The notes under the pieces were generated by a model. That model saw nothing but the letters and a program-made list of their open reading frames with translations. It did not search any database and was not told the origin of the DNA. Source: Carcharhinus amblyrhynchos (lineage: Eukaryota). From it: a DNA stretch of 64,000 bases. This document shows, piece after piece, positions 13,113-25,365 of the stretch (position 1 is its first letter; each line of letters starts with the position of its first letter). The stretch lies in contig OZ336890.1 of the NCBI GenBank assembly GCA_965287045.1, positions 45,632,001 to 45,696,000 of the forward strand, in the 5' to 3' direction. The position numbers were made by a program, and so were the translations under genes.

Positions 13113-15229
13113 TAATGGTCCGGATTAATTGTCTCTCCACAAGCCCATTCTCTATGATTCAAAGACAAGGCTTCTTCACAGATTTTTATCTCTTTCTCCT
13201 CCTGCCTCCTAACATGCAGAAGTAGTTCACATAACAGGGGTTTGTCAAATTCTGCCAAAGAGAATAGGTGAGGTTAAGCAATTACCCCACTGTAAATTCA
13301 AAACATATTGACAGTGGGGGTAAGGGCAGAATTCAGACAGAGGATGAGAGTATCATTACTTATATCCTCCTTCATTATCACTGGTGAAGACAGTTACGAC
13401 CTAATGCCAAGCAGACCCAGTTCAGCAAAGATATCATCTTCCTCCCTCTTTTCTCTTTCTGCTTTATCCATATTACATGCGATTGTTGCAACTTTATTTG
13501 ATCACCTTTCATATCAACCATCTTTTTTTTGGATTGGCAGATGGTCCTGCAGCTGGATGCCTTTCCTGCTGCTAATCCTACCCATTAATCCAGGCTGGAG
13601 ACTGGCACTGATACCTGTTGGCTTTCTTGCACCAGTGGCTGTCATTGCACCACTTAAATCAATCTTCGATAATAGCTTTCACCAGGCGAAACACACTCAG
13701 TGTTGACCACTGAGGGATTACTATGGACATCGTGTGTGTCTGTTAAGCAGAGCAGTAAGTGATTCTCTGATGGATCTGCTCAAAGTTAACCTGACAGGCC
13801 TCTTCCTGGATGAACCTCAATTTATTAACTTGATCAGAATGTCAATTTGAAAGAGTTGTTGCAGCTTTTCTTTGCAAACTAGATGTGACGGTGTTTCAGA
13901 ATAGAAATCAAAATCAGTGGAGGATGATGTCTTGTGTGTTATCACTGGGGGAATAAAGTCAGGATATTTGAAGGTAGCCCCAATTACTGCTGGATATCTC
14001 AAACTTGAGCCGACGCTTATCCAAGTGCAATCGTATATGAACAATTCTTCCAATCTTCATCAAATGTATACAGACAGGGTGGAAAAGAGGAACCATCATC
14101 CCAGGCTTGGTTAAGAGGCAAACCTCCATCCAAAATCCATCCAAAATGCGTCTTGAAATAAATACTGTTGTGCTGAATAAGTAAGAAATGCATTGTTGTT
14201 GTTTTTAATAAGTGCTCAACATGGATTTTGTTGTGAGATCTTTTGCACCTTATGATCTCCAGGATGGTAAGTATTCATTGCTGAGAGCATCTCCAAATGT
14301 AACATGGGAATCGATCAGGATCCATGATTACAACAATCATTGACTTCTACCAAAAGACAATTATATTCTGGCAAAAACTGTACTTCAGGATACAAAATAA
14401 GGAAACGGGAACTTCCTGTTGGCAGGATACAAACGGAGAAAAGCATTGATCGTTAATGATCCATATTTGCTTTGGAGGACTCCTGTTGTAGTAATAACAT
14501 TGGGAAAATTCTGTAACAAGTAGTTCCACCAGTTCACTGCCTCAGAGGTGAAGGTGAAGACTAAAGCACAGTTACAGTGCTGCAAGAAGAGGGGTCCTTG
14601 AAGATTGTCAGCAGGGTACAAGAGAGAGTTCCATTTCAATATTGAGCATGGCTACTGCTGTTCTCCCAACACAATCACCTGACAAGAGTAACCATGGAAC
14701 AATAACCTGTGAGTGCATCTTTTAGTACCAATCCTTTCTAATAACCTTCTGCCAATAAATAAGCTTATCTCTAATTGATAAGCGGCAGGTTAATCAATGA
14801 CTCTTAAACATTCAAATTTAAGTTACCAATGACTAGCTTTATATTCCAGCTGGGCAAAAAGGATCAATTTGTACCCCTTTTGTGAGGAATTTCTGCATTC
14901 CGGTCAGAGACTGCTGTCTCCTCATTTATTCAAACGTATCACTCATACAATTTTGTGTTAACAAAATTTCAGACTTAAAGCAGTGCTTCTTACCAAGTAT
15001 TGCTGGCACATTACCATACCATTCTGATTCAGTATGCAGAGAAAAGCAAGTCAGTAAATTTACGCCACTGAGTTGAATATCACGTAAATATCACATGTAT
15101 ATACAAGCTCATCTCTCACTGTTGACAGTCATTGCAGACATTTGCAACATAATTGTCTAAAGAAAACGTTTTAATATTTTGTAGCAAGGCTCGCTCCCTG
15201 CAGCTTATGGCTTATTTTTGTTAACTTTC

Positions 15230-15600
15230 TCCCTTTCTTGTCAGCTGTGCTGATGGACAGTTCCACAAATCCTCGTGACTCAGCTAATTGACTATTCTTC
15301 ACGTGTAACCCAGCTCATCAGTGGACTGTCTGGCCATGGAGGCTTGTCCTATTGTGTTCTTGTTGGCAATCACACTTAAGGCAGTAGCCAGCAGGACTCA
15401 GAATTCCAGGGGCTAATTTCCCCCCTTCTCTAACTGACTGTGGCAGAAGCCCATTGGAGTGTCCCCACTGATACCTTGACTGAGGTTAGCTAACTCAATC
15501 CAGACGAAGGGTTAAACCCTGAAACCTTTCCCTGGCTGATATGATACAGTTGCACAGTAGGGAATACCTTGCACCATACGAGCAGGACCCAGCAGCCTTG
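15230..15600 (-). mobile_element. Ancient LF-SINE-like repeat (related remnants near 4540-4750, 6540-6870, 17650-17840, 18880-19070, 37690-37860, 62190-62500)
   Basis: Shared degenerate motifs such as ctgaggttagctaactcaatccagac...aaacc...cct; assignment is by recall of the family consensus. Confidence 0.45.
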
Positions 15601-16215
15601 GGGGTCAGCAAGCCAGTCAATAAAGTAACAAATTCCTATCACAGAGGTGAAAAATAAAACAAGGTAAGCATTGCTATAGTCACTAACAGGACCACAGCAT
15701 TGAGAGTTCCTGGTAAGAAACAGAATGGAGAGTGACGTTACATTAATAAATGCCTTCTATCACTTAAACTGTTGCCATGATGAGGAAAATAAGATACTTC
15801 AATTTGTTTAAATCAAGTACTTTCTGAATGTGAATGAGCTTTGTTTTCAATGTCACTTTTCCCCCCAATTCATTGATTTGACACCAGCACAGGTATGTTT
15901 TTGCATCATATTAATTCTTTCCAGTTTCACTCCTTTTCCTGCATGCAGTGTTCATTTGTAAGGACAAGAGGTATCATCATTTTCCCAGGGAATAACCATG
16001 CACATAAGGATTGCAGTTCAACTAAATGGGGTGAATGTAGGCAATAAGTAGTCCCAGACGTAACTTGCCATCAGCTAACCAGCTGTAGGGATATGCACTC
16101 AACCTTGCTACCTTCATGAGTAAGTCATGGCAAGTTCTCAGGATCAAAGGTCAACCTTTAGCAGTACAATTATTCTGACCATTGGCTTCCATTGTTGCCA
16201 CCTGCTCCAACACAA

Positions 16216-17374
16216 TTTTCAGAAGGCGTTTGACAAGGTACCTCACAAGAGGTTATCGCAGAAGGTAAGGGGGCATGGAGTTGGGGGTAGGGTGTTAGCG
16301 TGGATAGAGGATTGGTTGTCAAATAGGAGGCAGAGAGTGGGGGTTAATGGGTGCTATTCGGATTGGCGGTTGGTGACTAGTGGAGTGCCCCAGAGGTCGG
16401 TGCTGGGGCCTCAGCTATTTACCATTTATATAGAAGATCTGGAGGAGGGAACCGAATGTAGGGTGTCGAAATTTGCTGATGACACCGAGATTGGTGGAAC
16501 GGCAAATTGCGCGGAGGGTGTGGAGAGTCTGCAGAAGGATCTAGATAGGCTGGGCGAATGGGCCAGGAAATGGCAAATGGAATTTAATGTTGGCAAGTGC
16601 GAGGTGGTCCACTTTGGTAGGAATAATGGTAGGAAGGACTATTACTTACTGGGCGACGGTGCAGAGGGACCTCGGGGTCCTTGTGCATGAGTCGCAAAAA
16701 CCCAGCCTGCAGGTGCAGCAGGTGGTCAGGAAGGCTAATGGGATGCTGGCCTTCATTGCGAGGGGGATTGAATATAAAAGTAGGGAGGTCGGCATTGGTG
16801 ACGCTGCAGCTGGAGTACTGTGTGCAGTTTTGGTCGCCATACTTACGCAAGGATATTTTGGCCTTGGAGGGAGTGCAGAGGAGGTTTACTAGGCTGATAC
16901 CGGAGTTGAGGGGGTTGAGCTATGAGGAGAGGCTGAATAAACTAGACTTGTACTCATTAGAGTTTAGAAGAATGAGGGGAGATCTCATTGAGACGTATAA
17001 GATGATGAATGGGATGGATAGGATAGAGGTGGAGAGGCTCTTCCCGCTCAGAAAGGACAGTAGGACTAGGGGGCACAGCCTCAAGATAAAGGGGGGGCGG
17101 TTTAGAACGGAGTTGAGGAGGAACTTCTTCACTCAGAGGGTGGTGAATCTCTGGAATTCTCTGCCCGTTGAGGTGGTGGAGGCTGCCTCGCTAAATATTT
17201 TTAAGACGTGGGTTGATGGGTTTTTGATAAGTGAGGGGATTAAGGGTTATGGGGAGAGGGCAGGAATGTGGAACTGAGCCACGACAGATCAGCCATGATC
17301 TTATTGAATGGCGGGGCAGGCTCGAAGGGCTGGATGGCCTACTCCTGCTCCTATTTCTTATGTTCTTATGTTCT
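16216..17374 (+). mobile_element. Young 5'-truncated CR1 LINE (RT domain, C-terminus, 3' tail)
   Basis: FQKAFDKVPH, SGVPQRSVLGP, KFADDT, LEGVQRRFTRLIP, FFTQRVVNLWNSLP; (TTCTTATG)n tail; small internal deletions break ORF2. Confidence 0.96.
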
Positions 17375-19081
17375 AACCTGGAATATGCTGCCTGAAATGA
17401 TAATGGTAGTTTTCAGAGGGGCATCGGGTAGATGTTTAAAAATGGAAAGTTTGTAAGGCTATTGGGAAATAGGAGGGGAGTGAGACCAATTGGATAATTC
17501 TTTCAAAGAGCCTGCATAGACACAATGGACACATTAGCCCTCTTGTGCGTTGCATGACTCTATGATAATTTATGATAATCTATCACACTCTTGAGAAGCT
17601 GACTGGAGAAAATATATTGCTATTATAATGTGACCCTTTCTCAAAGGGTGAACCTGGCTCTTAAGTAAGTAGATGCATCAGAGTGATAACTAGGAAGATC
17701 TCAGGATCAGTCTTTAGCCTGGTTAAGTTCAGATAGAGTAATAGGGTATGATGGTTAGCCTCCATGGGTTACAGTGAGGAACATGAGTCAGGGTTTCCAC
17801 TCCCAATTGCTGTTTAATTTCCAATGGGGAAGAAGTAAAACTGACTTCCTGATCAACGACACCCATTTTATACTGTCACATGATGTGAACAATACCTTCC
17901 CCTCCCCCTACATCCTTTCCTTCCTCCCCATCCACTGGCTCTCTAAAATGAGGAATGCATTGAAAGTCATATTATATCAAATTTCAGGCAAGATCACTGA
18001 GCTTCTGATAGTGCTCAGATCGTGGCAACATGTAAGGAATGGAAAATCCCCAGCGGCTCAGGTGAGGTAATACTGAAGGGGAAATGACAAAAGGGGGTCA
18101 ACAAGAGTTCTCATGAACATTCTCTTGCTCAGCAACATGTTTTCTTTAAATGTTTCCATTGAAGACATTTACATTTTCTTGTTGCTTCCAGTCACTGCCA
18201 TGTGACTCTATTGACCAGTTACCAGGCCGCAGGGTTAGCAAAGGCCAGGGAGGAGATTCATTGCAGAGAAACCTGAGAGCAAGTCATCCGCCAACCTTCC
18301 ATCATGAATGGTCTGCACTGTGTGGGACACAGAAGGGATGAGAGGGGGAGTCTTTTCACATTGTTCAAGGCAGGTCCTTTACCCAGAGAAACAATGATCT
18401 GTCTGGTTTCAGGGTGTGTGCAATACGAAATATTTAAAGTGATTTGGATTCTTCATGGTCTGGGGCCAGCGAGCATTGAAGGTATTCAATTGATTGCATT
18501 AAGATGGCACCAGTTCAAAAAGCTTTCTGACAACCTTTAAAGTGAGTCCTGAGCCCAGCTAAAGGAAAAAAAGGAAACACAATTACGCACAATGCAAGGC
18601 AAATAGTCCAGTCTCCAGATCAGGAACCCCAGTCTAACTCTAAGACAAGACCTGAAAGGCCTGGAACAGGCAAGCTCTATGATGGGCCCATGTAAAATAT
18701 AAAAGTTTCCTTATCCAAAATCTTGGATCTCAGAATTTCATTTTGATTGCTCTTCTCCTGTTAGCTAACATCCAAATCAATAAAATGGATCATAATCTCA
18801 CACTGACAGAAGCAAAGAAGTATTAAGTCATTACAAGGTAATGAGACTGGGGTAGTTTAGAAATTTTTTTTTCAATGTTCTCCTTTTGTTCTCCTTCTCC
18901 CAGGAATGCTGACTATTGCTGAGGAACCAGGTATCTTCATGTGTGAGTCTAGAGAATGAGTGTCTGGAGTTATTTTAAATCATGGAGGAGGGACGTTCCT
19001 GTTTAGCGCAATCCTGCAGTCACCCCACACTCTTGTCCAGAGGAAATCTGTGAACGGAGGTCAGGACAGTGCCAAAGGGGA

Positions 19082-19700
19082 GGCAGTGGCATCGTGATAT
19101 TGTCACTGGACTAGGAATCCAGAGATCCAGGATAATGCAGTGGGGACCTGGAATTCAAATAACACGCAGATAGCTGTGTTTAAAGTCAATTTTTAAAAAT
19201 CTGGAATTAAAAGTCTAATGATAATCATGAAACAGAGATGTCAGGGGTAAGTTTTTCACTTGGTGGTGAGTGAGTGGAATCGGCTGCCGTTGGTGGTGGT
19301 GGAGGCGAACTCGTTGGGGTCTTTTAAGAGTCTTCTGGATGAATACATGGGATTTAATGGGATTGAGGTTATAGATAGGCCTGGTAGGTAGGGAAATGAT
19401 CAGCGCAACTTGTAGGCTGAAGGGCCTGTTTGTGATGTAGTTTTCTATGTTCTATGTTCTATGAAACCATTGTCGATTGTCACAATAAATATCTGGCTCA
19501 ATAATGTCCTTTAGAGAAGGAAATCTGCTGTCCTTACCTGATCTGGCCTACAGGTGACTCTAGATCCACAGCAATGTGGTTTTCTCTTAACTGCCTTTTG
19601 AAATGGACTAGCCAGCCCTTCATTTCAATGGTAATTAGGGATGGGTAATAAATGCTGATCCAGCCAGCGATGCCCACACCCCATGAATGAATTAAAAAGA
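19082..19700 (+). mobile_element. tRNA-type shark SINE interrupted by a CR1 3' fragment (19234-19460) with a 7-bp TSD ATGAAAC
   Basis: ATGAAAC at 19227-19233 and 19461-19467; insert ends in (TTCTATG)n; an uninterrupted inverse copy of the SINE lies at 46146-46495. Confidence 0.85.
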
Positions 19701-20139
19701 TAATTTCCAATTGCATCACATAAGGGTGCAAATACAAACTGAAGCCACTCTGCTGCTGCCCATCCAATCCAAGGATTGAAACTGGTGCCTCCCTAATCCA
19801 TACCAATAAATACCACATGTGGGGTCTGTATTGCTCTGTCCCTTTCAACATTATTGCAGAGTATGTTTAAATACACTTCATTGGCTGTGAAGTGGTGTGA
19901 GGCATCCTGAACTTGTAAAATGCAAGTTCTTCTTTGAAGGTTGTTGTTAATTAGAATTAGAAGGCTTGAAATAAGATTAGAAGTTTTCATTTTAGCCTGA
20001 TCCTAATTAAATTCAGTTGAACCACAAAGTGGTTTAACTCAAAGTGAGAAAGTCAGTGTTAACTGGCACTGACTTTTTGAACTGATCGTGTACAAACTGT
20101 CACGTCCACATGTCTCTCCACAGGCATTAGCCTCGTCTC

Positions 20140-20585
20140 AGTTTGAAGCACTTCTGCCTCTCAGTCAGAAGACTGGGGTTTAAGGCTTACTCCAGACGCT
20201 TGAACACAAATTCTATGCTGACATGTCAGTACGGTACTGAGGGAATGATGTAATGAGAGATGTTGTCATTCAGATGTAACATTAAACTGAGTCCCTGTCT
20301 GCTCTCTCAAAGTTACATAAGAGACCCCACGCTACTATTTTGACAAATAATGGGGCATTCTCTCTGATGACCTGGTCAATATTTAACCTTCAACCAACAT
20401 TATGAAATAAAGATTATCTGGTTATTTGTTACATTGCCACTTGAGGGATATTGCTGTGAGAAATTTGCTACTGTTTTTCCCTAAATTACAGCAGAAAGTA
20501 CATTTCAAAGTACTGCATTAGCTGTAATGTGCTTTGAGATGTTGTAAGGTTGTGGAAGTTGCTCTCTAAATGCAAGTCTTCCTTC
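20140..20585 (+). mobile_element. SacSINE1/Deu-SINE-like SINE, near full length
   Basis: Head gcacttctgcctctcagtcagaag, Deu-like core gtactgaggga..ttaaactgag, tail taaatgcaagtctt; further copies at 27010, 33660, 56455. Confidence 0.8.
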
Positions 20586-20661
20586 ACTTCAAGGCAGCTT
20601 GTCCTTTGATAGGCATTCTAAAGTTTCCTTCAGAAGGTGAAACACTTCCCAAAGAGACTTA

Positions 20662-21259
20662 GGACTGGATTTTCAAAGGAGATTTGAGGTTGGGACCTGG
20701 AGCAGGCAGGGTTTAAAATTTGTTGTCCCAGAGGTTGTCTTGGCATTTTCAAAGGACCAAATGGAGTGCGGGAATGGGAAACTCCCCCTTTCCTGCCAAT
20801 TAATGACCCTTTAAGCTGCTTAATGAACTTGCAATTTTCAACTTTTAATTCGATAAACTCAAACAGTCAAGCACATGTTTGTGCTCACCTGTCATTTTCG
20901 CTACAAGGCCATCTCTCACCATTTAGTTAAAGTTGATCTTTCCTGGACTTCCTTGTGCCAGTTTCAGCATTGATCTGTAATCTATCTTGAATGGTCCTTT
21001 TGTCACCATGGACACTACTGATCCTCAAGGGAACTGTTTGCTCTCATTGGCAAGAGAGCAGCAGGCTTTTTCTCTGGCACCAGGCAGACTGCTCTGAGCT
21101 GCAAGAGGCGTCCATTGTCACTTATTGGGCATCAAGATCACCTCCTGCCCAACTCGGCCATTTGAAATTAAAAATAGCATTGTGAGTGTGAAACACTCAG
21201 GAGCAGGGTTGGGATGTATCCAGGTCAGGTTCCCAATCCCAACTTTGAACATTTAGTCC
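20662..21259. mobile_element. Non-autonomous DNA transposon (Harbinger-like MITE)
   Basis: Imperfect TIRs ggactggattttcaaag / ctttgaacatttagtcc with subterminal ttgggacctg / ggttcccaa inverted matches. Confidence 0.6.
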
Positions 21260-21514
21260 ATGGCAAGTGCGGAAATATAGAGAAATATAAATGATAATGC
21301 GTTATTTACTGTGCAGTACATTCTATCAATTTCCACTCCTGCAAATTAAGAAATGACCCTTATACTATATTGATCAAAAGTGACACTATTGAAAGGCCCC
21401 TGCTGTATCATCTTCAATGCATTCCCTTCGCCTCATTTAGCCTTAGTCTTTTGAGCCATTCTTAGGTTCCAGATCTGAACACAGGACTTTGGCAGAGAAG
21501 CTAGAATGATTAAC

Positions 21515-21655
21515 CTGTTTCTCAGCACAATGTTTGTTTTGCTGTGGGATGGCATAGTTGTGGCAGACTGAACCTGAGAGGTTATCCATGAGGGTCAATT
21601 CGCCTTCCAATGAACCTTGGATCAGCAGGGAGACGTTGTCAAAAAATTGCTTGTC
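21515..21655 (-). CDS. CACNA1G: Cav3.1 cassette exon 34-equivalent
   Basis: cacag|GACAAG...AAACAG|gttaat; 141 nt, symmetric phase 0; [26 protein letters not shown]... resembles human [26 protein letters not shown]. Confidence 0.92.
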
Positions 21656-22289
21656 CTGTGTATGCAAAGTATGCGGGAGGGAAGGGTAAAGAGGGCAGAG
21701 GGTTTAATCAGGGAAGGGAATTGGAAGTGGAAGGATTGCGTCAATACATAAGGTGTGGAAAGGAGATGGAAAGGAGAAAGAACATGTAATTAAATAAAAT
21801 CCACACTTGGTAACAGTGAAAATATTGGTGCGCAACATTGAGAAACAAAATGATTAATTGCGTTCTGATGCTGTACTTTTAAGGAATGGTTATTTCTCAT
21901 TGGCTGCTACTACAGATGTATCATACTTCCAGATACTTGTTTTCAAGAGTTTTGATGACACGAGGTATTAAATAATCTTTACACCAACATGTCTGACAGA
22001 GTAGGATTAAAATTTGCTAACAGTTCTCGTTACTTATTCCAAGATTTCTCAATCTGGTTAACTGCAAATGTATTTTCCTCTATTCATTTTTACTGTATTA
22101 CTTCACCTGACTGACCCTGTGGAAAATGATTAAATCAAATTAAGGCAAAAGAGGGAATAAAACCCACAACATTCAGCTTACTAAGAACACATATTTAGTC
22201 TAGTTTCAATGTGGAACAAGTTGTTTGGACTCCTAACCATGATTATGGTTGCCGACTGCTTTCAGACAGCACTGATCCTTGTTCTGTTA

Positions 22290-22595
22290 TGAGCACATTC
22301 TGCTATTTGACCTTTATGCCACTATTAACACCTGCTTTAGTCTTTAACACTATCATTACCACTCCCTTTGTCCAGTGTCCATGACATCTTTGTCAAATCT
22401 TTCCTGAACTCCCACCTATTGCTGACCTTCTACTTTGCTCTACCTCTTCCATATCCTCTCTTCAATAGCTCTGAAGAAGTCAGATGGACTTGAAACGTTA
22501 ACTCGGTTTCTCTCTCCACAGATGCTGCCCAACCTGCTGAGATTTTTCCAGCATTTTTCTATTTTTATTTCAGATTCCCAGCATCCGCTTTTATT
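22290..22595 (+). mobile_element. Penelope-like element 3' end (pseudo-LTR)
   Basis: C/T-rich leader followed by ctgaagaagtc..gacttgaaacgttaactc..cacagatgctg..cctgctgag..tttccagcatt. Confidence 0.75.
22467..22503 (+). ncRNA. Minimal type I hammerhead ribozyme motif in a Penelope terminal repeat (best-preserved copy)
   Basis: AGCT-CTGAAGA-AGTC-agatg-GACT-T-GAA-ACGT-T-AACT: CUGANGA and GAAA cores, stem II hairpin, palindromic ACGT stem III. Confidence 0.6.
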
Positions 22596-22596
22596 T

Positions 22597-22933
22597 TAGA
22601 GTTGTTGGTTTTCCAGGAATCTCCAGAAATTAAAAACTAATTTCCCGGATACTGCCAGCAATCCAAGGAGAAAACTCAGAAGAACTGCTAAAAATATTAT
22701 CGAGTTTTTTCTGATTTTCTTTGAACACTTTCATTTATTAATTGAGGCTATTGACAGTTCAAGAATTATCCATTCAAATAAGTTCTGTTCACTTTACTCT
22801 AGTTAAGGGAATGTGTTGTGTTGTGGAAATAGATGTGTTGGGTGACCGATGTGGAACTATGGGAAAGAGGTGGTTAGAGATGAGAAATCATGTGATGAAG
22901 TTTCCAGGAATATGACCAGAGTTGGCAACTCTA
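22597..22933. mobile_element. hAT-like MITE (TAGGGTTGCCA-type TIR); partial copies at 6880-7045 and 9465-9725
   Basis: tagagttg...gttggcaactcta ends; internal ctccaggaattaaagattaat motif shared among copies. Confidence 0.6.
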
Positions 22934-23469
22934 TCTTTGACTGGACGATATTTAAACCCAAACCCAGGTATTGGATAAGCTATTACTGTTGGGGCTTTCT
23001 TAGTTCTACTAACAGTGGTGTGGAGGAGGTGCACAGAAATAGGCCATGACTCAGATCCACAAGGGCTTGAAATATACCACCAAATTTGACTTAGTAAGGG
23101 ACCTGCTGCCTGCCATTGAGCCAAAGAGATAGGGATTGGGCCTGCACTGGGGTCTTCCAAGGCTTGGAGTTTTGATTTCCCTGCATCTCTGTGAGTCCTG
23201 ACAAGCCTATATGCCCAATGTGATGAGGCATACCAGTTTCTAAGCACAACTGGGTTGCATGGGGTTGCAAGGCATTAATTGTCCATTTAAGGGCCTAAAT
23301 TGGGAGTGGGGCAGGAAGGCTGTCCATGGACTTTTCCTCCTCAGATTTAATTGTGGAAAAGGTGAAAAGGAGGCAGGGTCCCCAACCAGCACCTCCCATT
23401 TGATTAAATGCTTCCTCACCTCCAATCACATCTCAAGAGAGGGCATTAAATTCATCTCATAATAAGGGA

Positions 23470-25070
23470 GGAGCCCAAGAAGGAGCGTTAGCAAGAATGA
23501 TCAAAAACTTGGCCAAAGGAGTTATAAGAAGGGTCTTAAAGGAGCTCAGTTAGAGAGATGGAGAGTTTAGGTGATTGAACTTATGGATGCCAATGGTGAA
23601 GAAAAGGAAGGAGGGGGGGGGAGATCAAAAAGCAAAGCCAAAATTTGCACTTTTATCACACCACTAATGTAAGAAAATGTCCATCTTTGTCAGAGGTATT
23701 GTGGACCTTTCTGTTTGGAGGCCCCCAGTGTCAACAGCAAGTACACCCATGCCACATGCAGCATAAAGTTCACTTCACTTTGCTTAAGCATTCAGTCCAA
23801 CACACCTTTCAAAACGAGCCATTTTGTTGTCTGGGTGAACTTGCCAATTTAGTGGTGAATTTAGAGTTTTATTGTAGGCTCATGGATATTAATGGCTGCC
23901 CAAACTTAGTTCAAAATCTGCACGAATGCCAATCGTTCAGTGAACGGTTGGGGCAAAGGGGAGAGAGATATATTGGTGATTAGAGCTAGAAGAGGGGAGA
24001 ATTTCGGGGTAGTGTAGTTGTTGGATAGAGGAGGTTACAGAATTAGGGATGGGTCAAGGGCATGAAGGGTTTTAACGCTGAAAGCAGAATTGTAAATTTT
24101 ACGTATTAGGGGAGCCAATTGTAGTCAGGAAGGTCAGGGTTGAAGGGTGAACAGGCCTTAGTGTGGAATGGGATACAGCAACAGAGTTTTGGATGAGTTG
24201 ATGTATGTAGAGCAGTTTATGGAGGATGAAAGGCTGGCTAGAAAATTATTGGAGTCTGAAGGTGACAAAAGCACAGATGATGGCATCAGCAGCAGACAAA
24301 GTGAGGTTAGAGCAGAGGCAATTGCTGAGGCAATGTGATGGAGATGGAATTACAATCTTTGTGGTGAAGAGGATTTGGGGTGGCAGGCTCAGTCAAATAA
24401 GATACTGAACTTTCCAACAACATGGCTGAACCTGAGACAGTGAGAAAGGAGTAGGATGATGTCACTGACAAAGAATACTGTGTTTGCAGCAGGAGATGAA
24501 AATAATGACCTTGGTCTTCCCACTATCTAAGCGGAAGAGGTTGCCGTTCATCCAAGTCTGGATTTCTGACCGAATTTGACAGTCTGAGATAGTGAAAAGA
24601 TCGAGAGAGAGTAGCGGAGATGGATCAGCATATAAGTGGAAGCTGATCTCATGTCCGCAAGTAATTGCAGTAGGGGGAGGCAGAGAGATAAAGGTTCCAA
24701 AGTTAAATCCCTTGGGGAATTCCTCAGGTAATGTTGATGGGATGGTTAGAGAAGCCACTGCTTGACAATGATTGGTTTGGTGAAAATGGAACCAAACAAG
24801 AGCTGTTCCATTGAATTGAACAATGAATGAGAAACTTTGAAGGAAAATGCAGTTCTCTACTGTGCCAAAGGCTGTAAATTCAGAGAAAAATGAAGAAGGA
24901 TAGTATCCTAATGTCACAAAGAGAGGCAGTGCACCAGGATCACAGTCACACAGGATGTAATTTGTGGCTTTGACAAGGGCCATTTCAGTGCTACGGCAGA
25001 GACAGAAATCTGATTAAAGAGATTCAGAAATATGGAGTAATGGGAAAATCATGCATGGATTTATGAGGCA
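23470..25070 (-). mobile_element. L2 LINE RT fragment, highly degenerate
   Basis: ORF 24462-24983: SFHLYAD.., IQTWMNGNLFRLDSGKTKVIIF resemble L2 FHxYADDTQLY and WMxxNFLxLNxxKTE. Confidence 0.75.
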
Positions 25071-25074
25071 ACAG

Positions 25075-25365
25075 CACCAACAGGCCTCCTCAGACAGTAT
25101 CTCTCACATTGTCAACCATTGTCATCTCGAAGGACAAGGGCAACAGATACATGGAAATTCCCTTCCAAGTCACCATCCTGACTTGGAAATAGATTGCCGT
25201 TCCTTCACTACTGATGGGTAACAATCCTGGCATTCCCACCCTAACGGCCATGGGTGCACCTAAACCAGAGGGACTGCAGCTCACCTTCTCAAGGGCAATT
25301 AGGGATGGGCAATAAATGCTGACCAAGCCAGCGACACCCACATCCCAAGAACAAACTAAAAAAAA
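25075..25365 (+). mobile_element. CR1-clade LINE 3' end that shares its tail with the SINE at 19082
   Basis: ttccaagtcaccatcctgacttggaaa hairpin and tail gggcaattagggatgggcaataaatgctg..cccacatccca. Confidence 0.7.

Noticed and set aside
14347-14639. ELLVTEFSQ resembling hepadnavirus polymerase RLVVDFSQF
   Set aside because: The flanking RT motifs (GGVFLVDKNP, SLDVSAAFYH, YMDD) are absent in the frames examined
16127-17277. Long RT-like ORFs as a possible functional or domesticated gene
   Set aside because: 5'-truncated CR1 with frameshifting deletions and an ordinary 3' tail
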